The position numbers were made by a program, and so were the translations under genes. Positions 32,080-42,983 of a stretch of 64,000 nucleotides of DNA are shown here, piece after piece. Below the pieces are notes generated by a model that did not search any database, had not been told where the DNA came from, and was given only the letters and a program-made list of their open reading frames with translations. How positions within the stretch are numbered: position 1 is the stretch's first letter; every line of letters starts with the position of its first letter. The stretch is from Prasinococcaceae sp. CCMP 1430. Lineage: Eukaryota > Plantae > Prasinodermophyta. The stretch is from the NCBI GenBank assembly GCA_013416795.1, contig RQSC01000031.1:343984-407983 (forward strand). Reading direction: 5' to 3'.

Positions 32080-34053
32080 ATGGGCTTGGTGTGCTCTCGA
32101 GGGCGCCCGAACGACGTGCTGCCCGACGGCAATGGCGCGTCGACGTCCGGTGCGGGCGGCCGGCGCAGGACGTGGGGCGACGCCGACGGCGCTGTGCAGC
32201 AGCTGCAGCAGCTGCAGCAGCAGCTGCCTGCGCCCGCCGAGCAGTGCGTGCACTCGCTCGTGTTGCGACGGCGCTCGCTGAGCGCCGAGGGCGCCCAGGG
32301 CGCGCGCAAGGCGAGCATGGCGGGGGTGGTGGCGGCCGGCGCACGCGCCGAGCCCGACGGCCACGGCGGCGACGAAGGGGGCGGCGGGATTCCGACGCTC
32401 CTCGCTCTCGCCGTGCGCTCGATAGCATCCACGCTCGAGTCCGGCGGGGCCGACATGTCGAGCCTGGATTGCAACTGCCAGCAGAGCGTCTTCGACGAGC
32501 TCGCGGCGCGCGAAGGGGGCGTCACCCCGAGGACGTTGGCTGCGTTCTCGGCGCACGCGCTCGAGGAAGTGGCCCTGATGCCGGGCCCAGAGGCGCTGGC
32601 GAGCGGCGGTGCCGACCACTGGGGATACGACGCGGCGCTGTGCCGACAGACGCGCGTGCTGCGAATGCGCGCCGCCGCGTGCGGCGCGCTGGACGGCTTC
32701 CGCTTCCTCTCGTGCATGCCGCATCTGCAGGAGCTCGACCTGTCGTACACGCGCGTCGGCGACGCGGACATCGCCGGCCTGCGCGGCGCGCGCGCGCTCC
32801 AGCGCCTGGCGCTGCGAGGCTGCGGCGAGCTGACGGGGACTTTCGTTGAGGCGCTGCCGGGTGACGCGCTTCGGGAGCTCGACCTGCAGGAGTGTGCGAA
32901 CTTCAGTGCGTCGCTTCACGGCCTCGCGCGGCTCCAGCAGCTCGCCGTGCTGAACCTAGGGTGGTGCCGGGGGGTGGGCGTGGAGGCCATGTGGGCCGTA
33001 GGCCAGCTGCGGCAGCTTCGCGCGCTGCAGCTGAGCGGCACGGACTGCACGGACGCCGGCCTGGCGCACCTCGTGTCGTCGCTGGGCGAGGGAGAGGTCA
33101 GCTCGCTCGAGCAGCTTTCGCTCGCCAGATGCAAGGAGCTCAGCGACGACTCGATGAAGGACACAGTGTCAAAGCTGCTGCGCCTGCGTCTGCTGGACGT
33201 GCGCTGGTGCACCGGTATCGCGGACGACGGATTCGAGGCGCTCGCGTCCCTTGACGCGCTGGAGTCGCTCAACTGCGGCGGCTCCTCGATCGACGATAGG
33301 GGGCTGGCCGCGCTCGCGTCGGTGCACAGCCTGCGTGCACTGTCTGTGGACACCTGCCGACTCTGCGACAAGGGCTTCACCGCCCTGCATGGCATGCCGA
33401 ACCTCGAGCTGCTGTCGGCGGCGGACACGTTCATCGGCGATGCCGGCCTCGCGGCACTCTCGCGCTGCCCGCGGCTCACGTCGCTGAACGTGAGCCACAG
33501 CTCACAGGTGACCGACATCGGCATTATTCATTTAGCGGAACGAGCGACCCAGCTGAGGTGCTTGGAGGCCGACACGCGTCACATCAGCAATGACGGATTG
33601 GAGGCCATTGGCAAGCTGAGCGAGCTTACCGAGCTTGGCCTCTTCGGCGCGCAAGTGACTGATGCGGGTGCCATGCATCTTTCCAAGCTCTCCAAGCTGC
33701 GCCGCCTGGAGCTGTGCGGCGGGGGGCTGTCCAATACCACGTGTGCTGTCATCGGGCGCTGCCTGCGGCAGCTCGAGAGCCTGAACCTGTCCAACAACGA
33801 CCGTGTGAATGACTCTGGCGTGAGCCTGCTCGTCAATCTGACGAGGCTACGCGTCCTCAACCTGACACATTCGCGAATTTCAGCTGCTGGCGTCGAGCAC
33901 CTCGCGAAGATGCCATCGCTCGAGATGCTCGTGCTGTATGAGTGCCCGATGCTGGGGAAGCGGGTCGTGAGCAAGCTCGTGAAGCAGGCCATGAAGGCTA
34001 CAGACACGCCGGCGAGGCGACGAGAGCTCTTCGTCAAGATCGAAGACGCTTGA
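32080..34053 (+). CDS. RNI-like LRR protein (FBXL14/AMN1-like, plant MGGACS-type)
   Basis: MGLVCS acylation-type start, IPTLLALAV, QQSVFDEL, many LxxLxLxx repeats. Confidence 0.85.
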   Translation: MGLVCSRGRPNDVLPDGNGASTSGAGGRRRTWGDADGAVQQLQQLQQQLPAPAEQCVHSLVLRRRSLSAEGAQGARKASMAGVVAAGARAEPDGHGGDEGGGGIPTLLALAVRSIASTLESGGADMSSLDCNCQQSVFDELAAREGGVTPRTLAAFSAHALEEVALMPGPEALASGGADHWGYDAALCRQTRVLRMRAAACGALDGFRFLSCMPHLQELDLSYTRVGDADIAGLRGARALQRLALRGCGELTGTFVEALPGDALRELDLQECANFSASLHGLARLQQLAVLNLGWCRGVGVEAMWAVGQLRQLRALQLSGTDCTDAGLAHLVSSLGEGEVSSLEQLSLARCKELSDDSMKDTVSKLLRLRLLDVRWCTGIADDGFEALASLDALESLNCGGSSIDDRGLAALASVHSLRALSVDTCRLCDKGFTALHGMPNLELLSAADTFIGDAGLAALSRCPRLTSLNVSHSSQVTDIGIIHLAERATQLRCLEADTRHISNDGLEAIGKLSELTELGLFGAQVTDAGAMHLSKLSKLRRLELCGGGLSNTTCAVIGRCLRQLESLNLSNNDRVNDSGVSLLVNLTRLRVLNLTHSRISAAGVEHLAKMPSLEMLVLYECPMLGKRVVSKLVKQAMKATDTPARRRELFVKIEDA

Positions 34054-34354
34054 TGAAGGAGCCGTGCACCACCACTTTTGTAACGAAGGACCGCCCCAGT
34101 GTGGGCTAGAGTACGCCTGTCCAACGCCGCGAGCAACCCACACATCCAAAGAACACGCCATTTTTTGTTTCTCCGCCTTTTCCCTTTTCCTTTCTTGTTG
34201 ACGATTTTTTTTTTTGGAGTTTTCCTCTCCCTGCCGCGGCCTCGGTTCCCCCGAGGGCCCGGACGGCAAGCGGCGCGTTGGGTGGGTGGGCCGGCTGAAG
34301 TGGCACGGTGCGCGAGTGTGCTGCGGTGATGGTGTCGGAGGTGTGTGGAGGGGT

Positions 34355-35617
34355 ATGGCAGAGTGCGCGGCGCTGGAGCGCGCGCGTGGCGAGCCGGCGC
34401 GAGGCATGGAAGCGGACGATGGGCCTGTAATCGACGACATCGACGAGGACGAGCGGCCGCCGCCGCCGCTGCGCGAGCGGCCTCCACTGTGGGAGCTCTG
34501 CACGGGCGGCTCGCGCGAGGTGGCTGTGCGCGCGCACGCCGCTGTCGCTGCCGCAGACGAAATGCTCGCGCTGGCGCCTGAGCACGAGGCGGCGATGCTG
34601 CAGCGCGCGGAGGGCATGCTGGGGCTCGGGCGCGCGGAGGAGGCCCTCGCCATCACCACGGACGCGCCGCCCTCGCACGAGTCGCTCTACCTGCGCGCCG
34701 AGGCGCTGTGCGCGCTGTGTGACCTGCCGCGCGCTGCAAAAATGCTGCAGAGCGCGCTACGGCTGGAACCGCGGAGCGCGAAGGTCGTAGCAGCTGCCGA
34801 GCGAGTCGGGTGGATGCTCGAGGACGACTGGGCCACCAAGGAGCAGGTGGAGGCGGAAAATTGGCGGCTGGTTGTCGAGCTCACCACAGTTGGCCTCGGC
34901 CGACCGAGGTGCGAGCCGCATGGCACGCACCACGCGATGCTGCGAGAGCGGCGAGCGGTGGCACGCATGCACCTCTCGCAGCCAAACGCGGCCATGGAGG
35001 ATGTGGACGCGGCGGTGGCGCTCGCACCCCGGTTCGTTGCCGCAAGGATGCTTCGCGCCAAGCTGCTCACGGCTATCGGGCGCAACGAGGCAGCGTTCCT
35101 GGACTATCGAGCGGTGCACGCTGCCGCACCACACACTGATAATATCATAGGCCTCATGTGCGACGCAGCAAAGGGCACGCTGCGAGACGAGGCTGGTCTG
35201 AAGGTGAGGGACGTGCGCACGAGCCCGGGTGCTTGCGCTGCGCCGACCTCGCTCGCGGCAACGGCGTGCGGTGCTCGCTCAGGCGCTCCCTCGAGCTCAC
35301 CGCAGCAAAAACCGCGTCGCTGCCTCCCTCTCGTGCGCGCGCGTCTCATGCGCGGCCGGTGCTCGTAGCGACGGACGAGGCAGGACGTGAGTGCCGGCGA
35401 CTACTATGACCTGCTGGGCGTGTCTGCTGATACGAGCATCGACTCGATCAAGAAGGCGTACCGCAGGCTCGTGATGAAGCTGCACCCGGACAAGACGGCA
35501 CGCCTGCCGGAGGACAAGCGCGCTGAAGCGGAGGCTATGTTCAAGCGCGTCAGCAAGGCATACGACGTGCTGGTCGATCCCGATGAGCGCGCCGCGTACG
35601 ACCGCTCGGTGGCGTGA
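34355..35617 (+). CDS. TPR plus C-terminal J-domain co-chaperone (DNAJC7-like); intron ~35213-35368
   Basis: TPR-like helices; DYYDLLGV...[13 protein letters not shown]...[11 protein letters not shown]. Confidence 0.88.
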
Positions 35618-35705
35618 GGAGTAGCTTCTCCTCTGCGGCGGGCATCAAGTATGTTGTACATGACATGTATTAGTACAGTACAAATATTACGCCCGCGTCC
35701 GCGTA

Positions 35706-36544
35706 TCAGCGGACGGTGCTGTACGGCGTCTCAAAGGACATCACGTGGCCGAGAGCGCGCGTGAGTGGCTGCCGCGGGCCGTACACCTTCACTTGTCGCA
35801 TGTGTGTGTCGCGCCCGTTCTGGTGGTTGGACAGAATTGCCAGCTGCAGGAAGTAGGCGCGTAGGCACTCGTTGGTGTCGTCCGTGCACAGGCTCGTGGT
35901 CACCCATCCAACAGGCTCCTCCAGCTCGATGACTTTGACCTCGCGCAGGTCTGCGAACGAGTTGCCCGCCCGAACCGAGATCTTGTTGGGCGTATAGCTC
36001 TCGTCGTGCTTGTAGTCCGCGTAGATGCTCAGCCCCGCCATGCGCACCTGTACGTCCGATCAGACGGCGTTCGCATCGGCGCGCCTCGCGGTCAGCGCAG
36101 GCCGAGCCGAGACTCTAGGCGCGGCGCGGCAGCCGCGCGCATGTCGGCGCGCGTGCGCGCGAGCGTGTCTGCTGTGTGTGTGAGTGTGTGAGAGTGTGTG
36201 TGTAGGGGGCGGAGCTCGCAGCGGCAGCGGCCCCCGCCGCGCATCGCCCCGGCCCCCGACTTTCCCCCGACGATCGGACGCACTTTTCTCTGGAACTGTA
36301 TGTTGACGAGGTGTGGCTGCGCGCCGTCGGATTGCCAGTACGTGTCGAGGTTGTCGTCGCGCAGCAGCTCGACGCCGTTGCCCGGCTTGGCGCTCGTGAC
36401 GGACCACACCGCGAGCGCACCGATCTCGCGCCGCACGCGTGTGTCCTCTTCGAGCGTGGGCGTGACGCGCACGTTCGCAGGCGCCGGCGTCGCGCCGCCA
36501 CCTGCCGCCGCCACGCCACCCTCTGCCGCACCCTCCTCCTCCAT
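35706..36544 (-). CDS. APC10: Anaphase-promoting complex subunit 10; intron 36048-36283
   Basis: [63 protein letters not shown]. Confidence 0.96.
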
Positions 36545-36840
36545 GGCGCTGCGGCGCGCCCCCCCCCCTCCCCCCGCGCGGCCGCCTCGCTCGCGCTGTG
36601 GCGCCCGCGTTCGAACCGCGCTGGGCTGCGAACACGGCCCTGCGCGCGGAGCACCGGAACGGCTCAAGGTTGGATGCGAGGTTTTGAGAAAGAAAGTGAA
36701 CCACAAAACGATGAAACCCAAAGGCTGCTCGAGCTTGATGCTTTCTGGTGTGCCACTATGGAACCGCGATCCAAACCGCAACCCCTCGTTGACATCTGAT
36801 GTTCTCATCAGGCGCCGCGACGGCGGGCGGGGTGGGCCCG

Positions 36841-36851
36841 TTTTAGGGTTA
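36841..36851. promoter_or_regulatory. Telo-box in the APC10/SmD2 divergent promoter
   Basis: TTTTAGGGTTA about 35 nt upstream of the SmD2 ATG. Confidence 0.55.
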
Positions 36852-36885
36852 CTTCGGAGGCGGCGGCCGCTCCGGGGAGGGCGCG

Positions 36886-37200
36886 ATGGCTGACGCGGTG
36901 GCCGCCGAGCCGGCGGCGGACGACTACTCGACCGGCCCGCTCTCGGTGCTCACCTCGGCGGTGCGCTCCAACACGCAGGTGCTGATCAACTGCCGCAACA
37001 ACCGCAAGCTGCTCGCCCGCGTAAAGGCCTTCGACAGGCACATGAACATGATTCTCGAAAATGTCAAAGAGATGTGGACCGAGGCTGGCGAGCGCGGCAA
37101 AGGTGCCAAGAAGGGAACGGCGGTGGCCAAGGATCGCTTCATCCCGAAGCTCTTCCTGCGTGGCGACTCCGTCATTCTGGTGCTCAAGAACCCCGTGTGA
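36886..37200 (+). CDS. SmD2: Small nuclear ribonucleoprotein Sm D2
   Basis: TGPLSVL...[38 protein letters not shown]...[15 protein letters not shown]. Confidence 0.97.
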   Translation: MADAVAAEPAADDYSTGPLSVLTSAVRSNTQVLINCRNNRKLLARVKAFDRHMNMILENVKEMWTEAGERGKGAKKGTAVAKDRFIPKLFLRGDSVILVLKNPV

Positions 37201-37808
37201 ACTGCGCGGCAATTCTCGAAGGCAGGGGGCGCGAGCATGTCTGCGGGGCGAGCATGATGCGGCAGCTGGCATGCAGCAGCAATCCTGGGGAGCGATAATA
37301 AGGTACGCTGGGACGGGCCTCTCTGGACCTGGGGTGGCTGCATGCGCCTTGCCGCTGGGCTGTGCGGGCGTGACGATAAACCGTTTGCATAGAGCACTGG
37401 GATCTTAGGCGGGATAGAATCCGTCCGGTGAAGATTTGCAACGCTGCGTTCTTGCTGACCCACCAGCCACGGTGGCCGAGGCGTGAATCGCGCGTGTCCT
37501 CGCGTCCCCAAATCGCTGACGACGATCGCGTGCCGCCACGCCCCTGCACGCGCCTCCTCGTACTCGACGCACGGCACGATTGCGACAGCCATCACGCTGG
37601 CGGCGTGCACAGATGGCACGGCGTGTGCATTGGTGTGCACGAGGGCGCTGCAATGCCGCATCTTCGTAACGACAAACTGTGACATATTACTTCGAAACAC
37701 ATGGTCTCACGTGCGCGCTGGTGTCTCTTCCATCCGACAGCAGAGCGAACGAGGTCTCAGGCTTTTCTGCTCTGCACTGGCCGCTGGTGCGCCAGCCAAG
37801 TGCCCAGC

Positions 37809-38861
37809 TCATGTACTCTCCGCCGCGTCCTCGCTGGCGTCCACGAAGGTCATGAGCTTCTTGTACAGCTCCTCGCGCTTTCCGGGCGAGTACCGTGTTC
37901 CACTGAGCAAGAGGTGCTTCTTGGCGACCTTTCTGTCCAGATAGAACGCGCCCGACTGCAGCTTGGCAGCGTCAACCGCCGCGAGCCACACGATGGTGTC
38001 GGCGCCCATCTCGGGTGTGCGCATCTTGTCATCCATCCTCTCCGAAAATCCAGGAAGGGCACTCTGGATACCGGGGGTGTCTGCCCAGCCAGGATGCATG
38101 CTCACGAACGTCACGCCGGTGTCAGCGTACTTCTGAGCCCACGACTCCGTCATCGCCACCTGCCGCCGCTTGTCGAGCGCATAGGCTTTGACGCCGTTCC
38201 AATGCTTCGCCATTCGGGCGTTTTGCAGGTCGTCCGTTTCGAGCCCCTCAGAGTACATGCCGCCGCTCGAAATGGTCACGACGCGCGGCATGAAGCAGCC
38301 TTCAGAGTCCTTTTCGCTGTCCGCGCTCTCAGCGTCGGCGGCCGCGCGCAGCGCAGGCATAGCCAACTCAGTGAGAGCGAATCCCCCCAGCGTGTTTGTC
38401 GCGAAGGAGCTGTCGAGGCCCTCGGCCGAGCGTGCGGGCTTGTCAAGCAGCACACCCGCGTTGTTCACGAGCACATGCACAGGCCCCTCTTCAACCAGGC
38501 TGCTCGCCAGCTGGCGCACCGCGGACAGCGAGCTCACATCGCAAACGCGGAGGTGAACATCGTCGTTGCCCGTCTCTGCACGGATCTTGTCCACCGCTGC
38601 CATGCCACGCTCCTTGTTGCGGCATACGCAGAGCGTGCGCATGCCCATCCCTGCTAACGCCGTCGCCGTCGCCAATCCGAGACCAGCGTTGGCGCCCGTC
38701 ACAACGGCGGTTTTGCCGTGGCGAGCGGCGGCGGCTGCCGCTGGTGCGGTGCCTGCCGGCGGCGGCAGGTCGCTCGCATCGAAGCTACGCGCCGAGCGCT
38801 CGTAGCCACCACGCGTGAACTCGCGCAGCCCCTTGATCACGAATGCCGCCGAGCGGAGCAT
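37809..38861 (-). CDS. DHRS12: Short-chain dehydrogenase/reductase, DHRS12-like
   Basis: KGLREFTRGGY, TGANAGLG, NNAG, SSGGMY, YALDKRRQV, MHPGWADTPG. Confidence 0.9.
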   Translation of the reverse strand: MLRSAAFVIKGLREFTRGGYERSARSFDASDLPPPAGTAPAAAAAARHGKTAVVTGANAGLGLATATALAGMGMRTLCVCRNKERGMAAVDKIRAETGNDDVHLRVCDVSSLSAVRQLASSLVEEGPVHVLVNNAGVLLDKPARSAEGLDSSFATNTLGGFALTELAMPALRAAADAESADSEKDSEGCFMPRVVTISSGGMYSEGLETDDLQNARMAKHWNGVKAYALDKRRQVAMTESWAQKYADTGVTFVSMHPGWADTPGIQSALPGFSERMDDKMRTPEMGADTIVWLAAVDAAKLQSGAFYLDRKVAKKHLLLSGTRYSPGKREELYKKLMTFVDASEDAAEST

Positions 38862-39582
38862 TCTGGCACGGAGGAGAACAAGGGCGGCCCTACTGGACCG
38901 ACCCGCCCTCACGCTCTTGCCTGGGCGCTGCTGCAGTCGCACGCACCCCGTGCGCTGCTGCGTGCCGAGCAGGATGTGCCCCTCGGAACACCTCTCGCTC
39001 CCTCGTTCCCTCGCGAGCGCGCTCGCGCGAGCTCAAGCGCCGCGCTGCGCCCGTCGGCGACAAAGTGCGACCTGGGCCGCGCTCGCGAGGCAAAGGTGGC
39101 CCGCGGGGGCGCTGGTGCTCCGCGGCGGGTGCGCTGCGTGTGGCGCGCCGCACAGCGCGTGCTGGGACCGCAGCGCACCGCGTCGCTCCCTCGGAAGCGC
39201 CGCACGCGCGCTAGGGATTCCGTGAGGTCTTTCGCTCCTCCATGGAATCCACATGTGCTCTCAAGACCTATAATGACTCAATCTCGAGATCGAATGGAAT
39301 CCATATCCAACGAGAGGAGATGAGTGCGCGGAACCCTTCCTTATCCGTCCGCGCGCACGCGAACTGCCTGGCAGCAACCGGGCGGGGCGAGGCGAAGCGC
39401 AGCGGCCGCTGTCGCTGTGGCGCGACAGGGGCGGCCACCACCGCCGCCCCGCCACTGCCCCGCCACTGCCACGCTCACGTGCGAGCCGCCGCGCACGCGC
39501 GCGCGAGAGAGGGAGGGAGAGCGACGGCTAGGCCAGCAGCCACGGGTGGAGGAGAGTGTGCGTGTGTGTGTACGTGAATGTT

Positions 39583-42477
39583 TTACAGGGCGTCAGCTGC
39601 TACGTCGAACGAGCCGTAGTTCACACCGACACCGGGCCTCTTGCGCTTCTTCTTGGCTGCCTTGCGCCGCCGCCCGGCACCAACGGCGTCCTTGGCGAGC
39701 GGGTCAACGCCCTTGACAACGTTGCCTTTGGCGTCGAAGACGATGACGCCATCGTCGCCGCCGAGGTCCTCGTCGTTGTTGAGCTCGCCCGCATCCACCT
39801 GGCCCAGTCGTTTGAGCGTGTAGTCGATCAAGTGAGAGCGCTGCACGAGCAACCCCACCCGCTTCATGTGACGCTCAGTGTACGATGCGATGGCCGCCAG
39901 GAGGTCAGCAGCTCCGGGCACCGACGCGATTTCTGCCGGGGGGCGCGAGGCGAGCAGCGCCCGCAGCGTCGCCTGCGCCACGTGGCAGAAGCGCGCGTTG
40001 GTGTTCCAATCGCGGCAGTACGAAAGCAGCGTGGCCAGCCTCTTCGGGTCGGAGATGCCCCGGACAACGGTCTCGAGCTGTGCCTCACCCTTGCCGCCTG
40101 GCTTGGAGAGCAGGTCCTGGAGCAGCTCTCGCAGCTTACCTGGCCGCTCCAGCTTGAGCGCCAGCTCCACGGCGGTCGCGAAGTCATTGGCGTACGCCGC
40201 ATTGGACATTTGCTGCTCAGCCAGCATGGCCTCGCGCTCTTTGTTTGCCTCCTCCTCCGCATGCGCTGCCGTGTGGTCCTGCCACAGCGCCAGCGTGCCG
40301 TCACCTGCACCCGTCACAGCGTAGCCGCCGTCGGTGTCCCCGTTTGGTGTGGCCAGCGCCCATGCCTTATCGTCATGTGCTTCGTGAGTGGCCGCGCATT
40401 CGCCGCTCGCCACGTCCCAGAGCTTCAGCAAGCCGTCGCTGCCGGTCGAAAGCAGCTGCGCGCCCGACGTCACGAACGTCGCGCGCAGTACACTGGCAGT
40501 GTGGCCGTCGAGCGTGCGAATGCACACGCAGTCCGCGATGGTCCACAGGCGCACCGTCTTGTCACCGCTGGCGGTGGCCACGACGCGGTCGGTGGGCGAA
40601 AATTCAACTGACCACACGCCACGACGGTGGCCGCGCAGCGTTCCTGCGGGCACCAGCGCTGGCAGGCGCCACAGGCGCACCGTGCGGTCTTGCGACGCCG
40701 ATGCCACCATCGAGTCGTTGGGCGCCACCGCGACAGCGTTGACGTCCTTGTCGTGCGCCGCGACAACCGCGGATGACTTCAGCGTCACCGGCTCGATCTG
40801 TGCACTGCCATCCTGCTCCAGCTCCTCCAGCACTTTGCGCACAGGCTTGAGGTCCCACACCTTCAGCGTGCGGTCGGCTGACCCGGACACCAAGAAGGCC
40901 GCGGGGGCGCGCCGCGAGAACGCAAGCGCGGATACGGCACCGGAGTGCGCCGCCTCTGCGATGCCCGCGCACTGCATGCCACCGCTACCACCACTAACGC
41001 CGATTCCAGGACTGCCGGTGCTGCAGCCGCCAACCCACACGCGCATCGCTCCCTCCTTATCACCCGATGCCAGCGCTTGCGTAGAGGACGCAAGTGAGAG
41101 CACTGTTTCTTCGTGACCTGCGAGCGCGCCCACCGCGCGCATGTACGAGGAGGGTCGCGTCTGCTCATCCGCCGTCGACGCTGCCGCCGCGCCCCCCTCC
41201 GTGTCCCCGGTGGCGGCGGCCGCCTCCGCCGTCTCCGCTGCCGCCTCGCAGCCCTCGTTCTTCTTGATCAGGTCGTACAACCACACTATGGCGCTATTGG
41301 TGGCAACCGCCACACGCAGGCCATCGCCGCCGCCATCACCACCACCACCTCCGCCCCCGCCCCCGACAAAAGTCGCGTCTATCACCTCCCCAGCATCGCC
41401 CAGCAGCTGTCCAGTGAGGTGCATCGTCTCACCCTCGCCCGGTGAGGCCGAGGCCTCGTACGTGAGGAGGCGCGAGTCCGCAGTGGCGGCCAGCAGCGCG
41501 CCGGGGCGCGGGTGGTGAAGCGCTACAATGCCACCCTCTGAGCCGCCCATGTCTGCCCGCTGCTCAAAGACCTTGCGGCAGGTAGCCACGTTCCACGCCC
41601 GCAGGTAGCCGTCCTCGCCCACGGACACCACCACGGAGGGAGCGGAGTCGGCACCCTGCTGCGCCGTTGTCGCCGCCGCCTTTGTCCTCTTCGAGCGCTT
41701 CGTCGACGAAGCAGGCGCAGCCCCAGCGGCTGGCGCGCCGGCTGCCCTGCCGAGTGCTGTCGTGCCGTCGAGCATCTGCACGCCCTCGATGGCCTCATCG
41801 GTGGCGATGGTCGCCTTCAACTGCAGACTTTTGGTGTCCCACACTGCCACCACCTTGTCTCTGCCGCCGGAGGCAAGCAGCGCCCCACCGGCACCGAGGG
41901 CAAGGCACGTCGCCGCCGACAGGTGCGTGCGCATCACGCCGCGGCACTCGCGCTTGCGCAGGTCCCATGCGCGCACCTCGCCCGCCTCATCACACGTGTA
42001 TAAGGTCGTGGCGGCATCATCGAAGAGCGCGCACAGCACCGTGCCACCGTGGCCGTGGAACGCGTGCGTGCAATGGCCCGTGGCTGCGTCCCACACTCGC
42101 ACCGAGCGGTCGACGGAGCACGTCGCAAGGTGCGCGCCGCTCCTGTCGGTGCACATGTACGCCACAGGCTGCGGATGTGGCTTCCAAGACCGCACGAGCA
42201 CCGCTCCGTCGCGCTTAGCCGCCGCTTGAGCGGCCGCGCTGACGTTGTTGCTCGCGGCCGCGGCCTCAGCGGCGGGTGTGCCGTTGAGCGCATACTGCTT
42301 GACCGTGAGCGCCCGGCTGGTCACGAAGGCGACATCACCCGCAGGCACGAGCGCGACAGCTGTGACGAGCTCCTCGTCACCGCGCAGGTGAGCGACGACC
42401 TCCCCCGTCTCGAGGTCCACCACGCGCGCCTCGTCGCCGCACGCCGCGGCGACGCGCCGCCCGTGCGCCGCAGCCAC
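39583..42477 (-). CDS. UTP13: U3 snoRNP WD40 protein UTP13/TBL3; extreme N-terminus missing
   Basis: Multiple WD40 repeats (AHDKDVN, GHRRGVW) plus the Utp13 domain RDWNTNARFCHVAQ...YTERH...IDYTL. Confidence 0.93.
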   Translation of the reverse strand: MAAAHGRRVAAACGDEARVVDLETGEVVAHLRGDEELVTAVALVPAGDVAFVTSRALTVKQYALNGTPAAEAAAASNNVSAAAQAAAKRDGAVLVRSWKPHPQPVAYMCTDRSGAHLATCSVDRSVRVWDAATGHCTHAFHGHGGTVLCALFDDAATTLYTCDEAGEVRAWDLRKRECRGVMRTHLSAATCLALGAGGALLASGGRDKVVAVWDTKSLQLKATIATDEAIEGVQMLDGTTALGRAAGAPAAGAAPASSTKRSKRTKAAATTAQQGADSAPSVVVSVGEDGYLRAWNVATCRKVFEQRADMGGSEGGIVALHHPRPGALLAATADSRLLTYEASASPGEGETMHLTGQLLGDAGEVIDATFVGGGGGGGGGDGGGDGLRVAVATNSAIVWLYDLIKKNEGCEAAAETAEAAAATGDTEGGAAAASTADEQTRPSSYMRAVGALAGHEETVLSLASSTQALASGDKEGAMRVWVGGCSTGSPGIGVSGGSGGMQCAGIAEAAHSGAVSALAFSRRAPAAFLVSGSADRTLKVWDLKPVRKVLEELEQDGSAQIEPVTLKSSAVVAAHDKDVNAVAVAPNDSMVASASQDRTVRLWRLPALVPAGTLRGHRRGVWSVEFSPTDRVVATASGDKTVRLWTIADCVCIRTLDGHTASVLRATFVTSGAQLLSTGSDGLLKLWDVASGECAATHEAHDDKAWALATPNGDTDGGYAVTGAGDGTLALWQDHTAAHAEEEANKEREAMLAEQQMSNAAYANDFATAVELALKLERPGKLRELLQDLLSKPGGKGEAQLETVVRGISDPKRLATLLSYCRDWNTNARFCHVAQATLRALLASRPPAEIASVPGAADLLAAIASYTERHMKRVGLLVQRSHLIDYTLKRLGQVDAGELNNDEDLGGDDGVIVFDAKGNVVKGVDPLAKDAVGAGRRRKAAKKKRKRPGVGVNYGSFDVAADAL

Positions 42478-42983
42478 TGACGATGCCCCCGGCCCCCCTC
42501 CCGCGCGCCGCGGCGGCTGGCCGACCGCCGCGGCGGCTGCCGGAAAACCCGCCGCGAACCCGCCGCGAAATAATCAACCGCGATTTCGACTCCCATGCCA
42601 TTTGTTCAAGGCATCGAGGTTTGGGTTACTGCAGCTACTTTATTTCATTTTGATAGAATTCCTTGCGCTGGCACGGTATTAGGGTTTAATTTGTAGGGTG
42701 TGTGAAATGTTGCGTTGATGGCGTTTCGATTTCGCTTGCTTTTGATGGGGCGTGCGGTCGACGCACCACTGCCGCGCCGAGCTCTTTAGGGCGCGCACGC
42801 GCAGCTGCGTGTGAATACGTGTGGTGGCGGGGGTGGGCGGGGGACCCGCGCGCCCGCGCGCTGCCGCCCCCGAACGCGCGGCGGAGCGGCGAGGGGGGGG
42901 GGGCGAGGAGGCGAGTCGTCGCTACCGGCTACGGCGACGCTGCTGCTGCTGCCGCTAGCGCTCTCGAGGCGTTGGGGACGGGC

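Noticed and set aside
36924-37700. 258-aa minus-strand ORF overlapping SmD2
   Set aside because: No recognisable motifs, weak codon bias, runs antisense through SmD2; a small gene from ATG 37592 cannot be fully excluded
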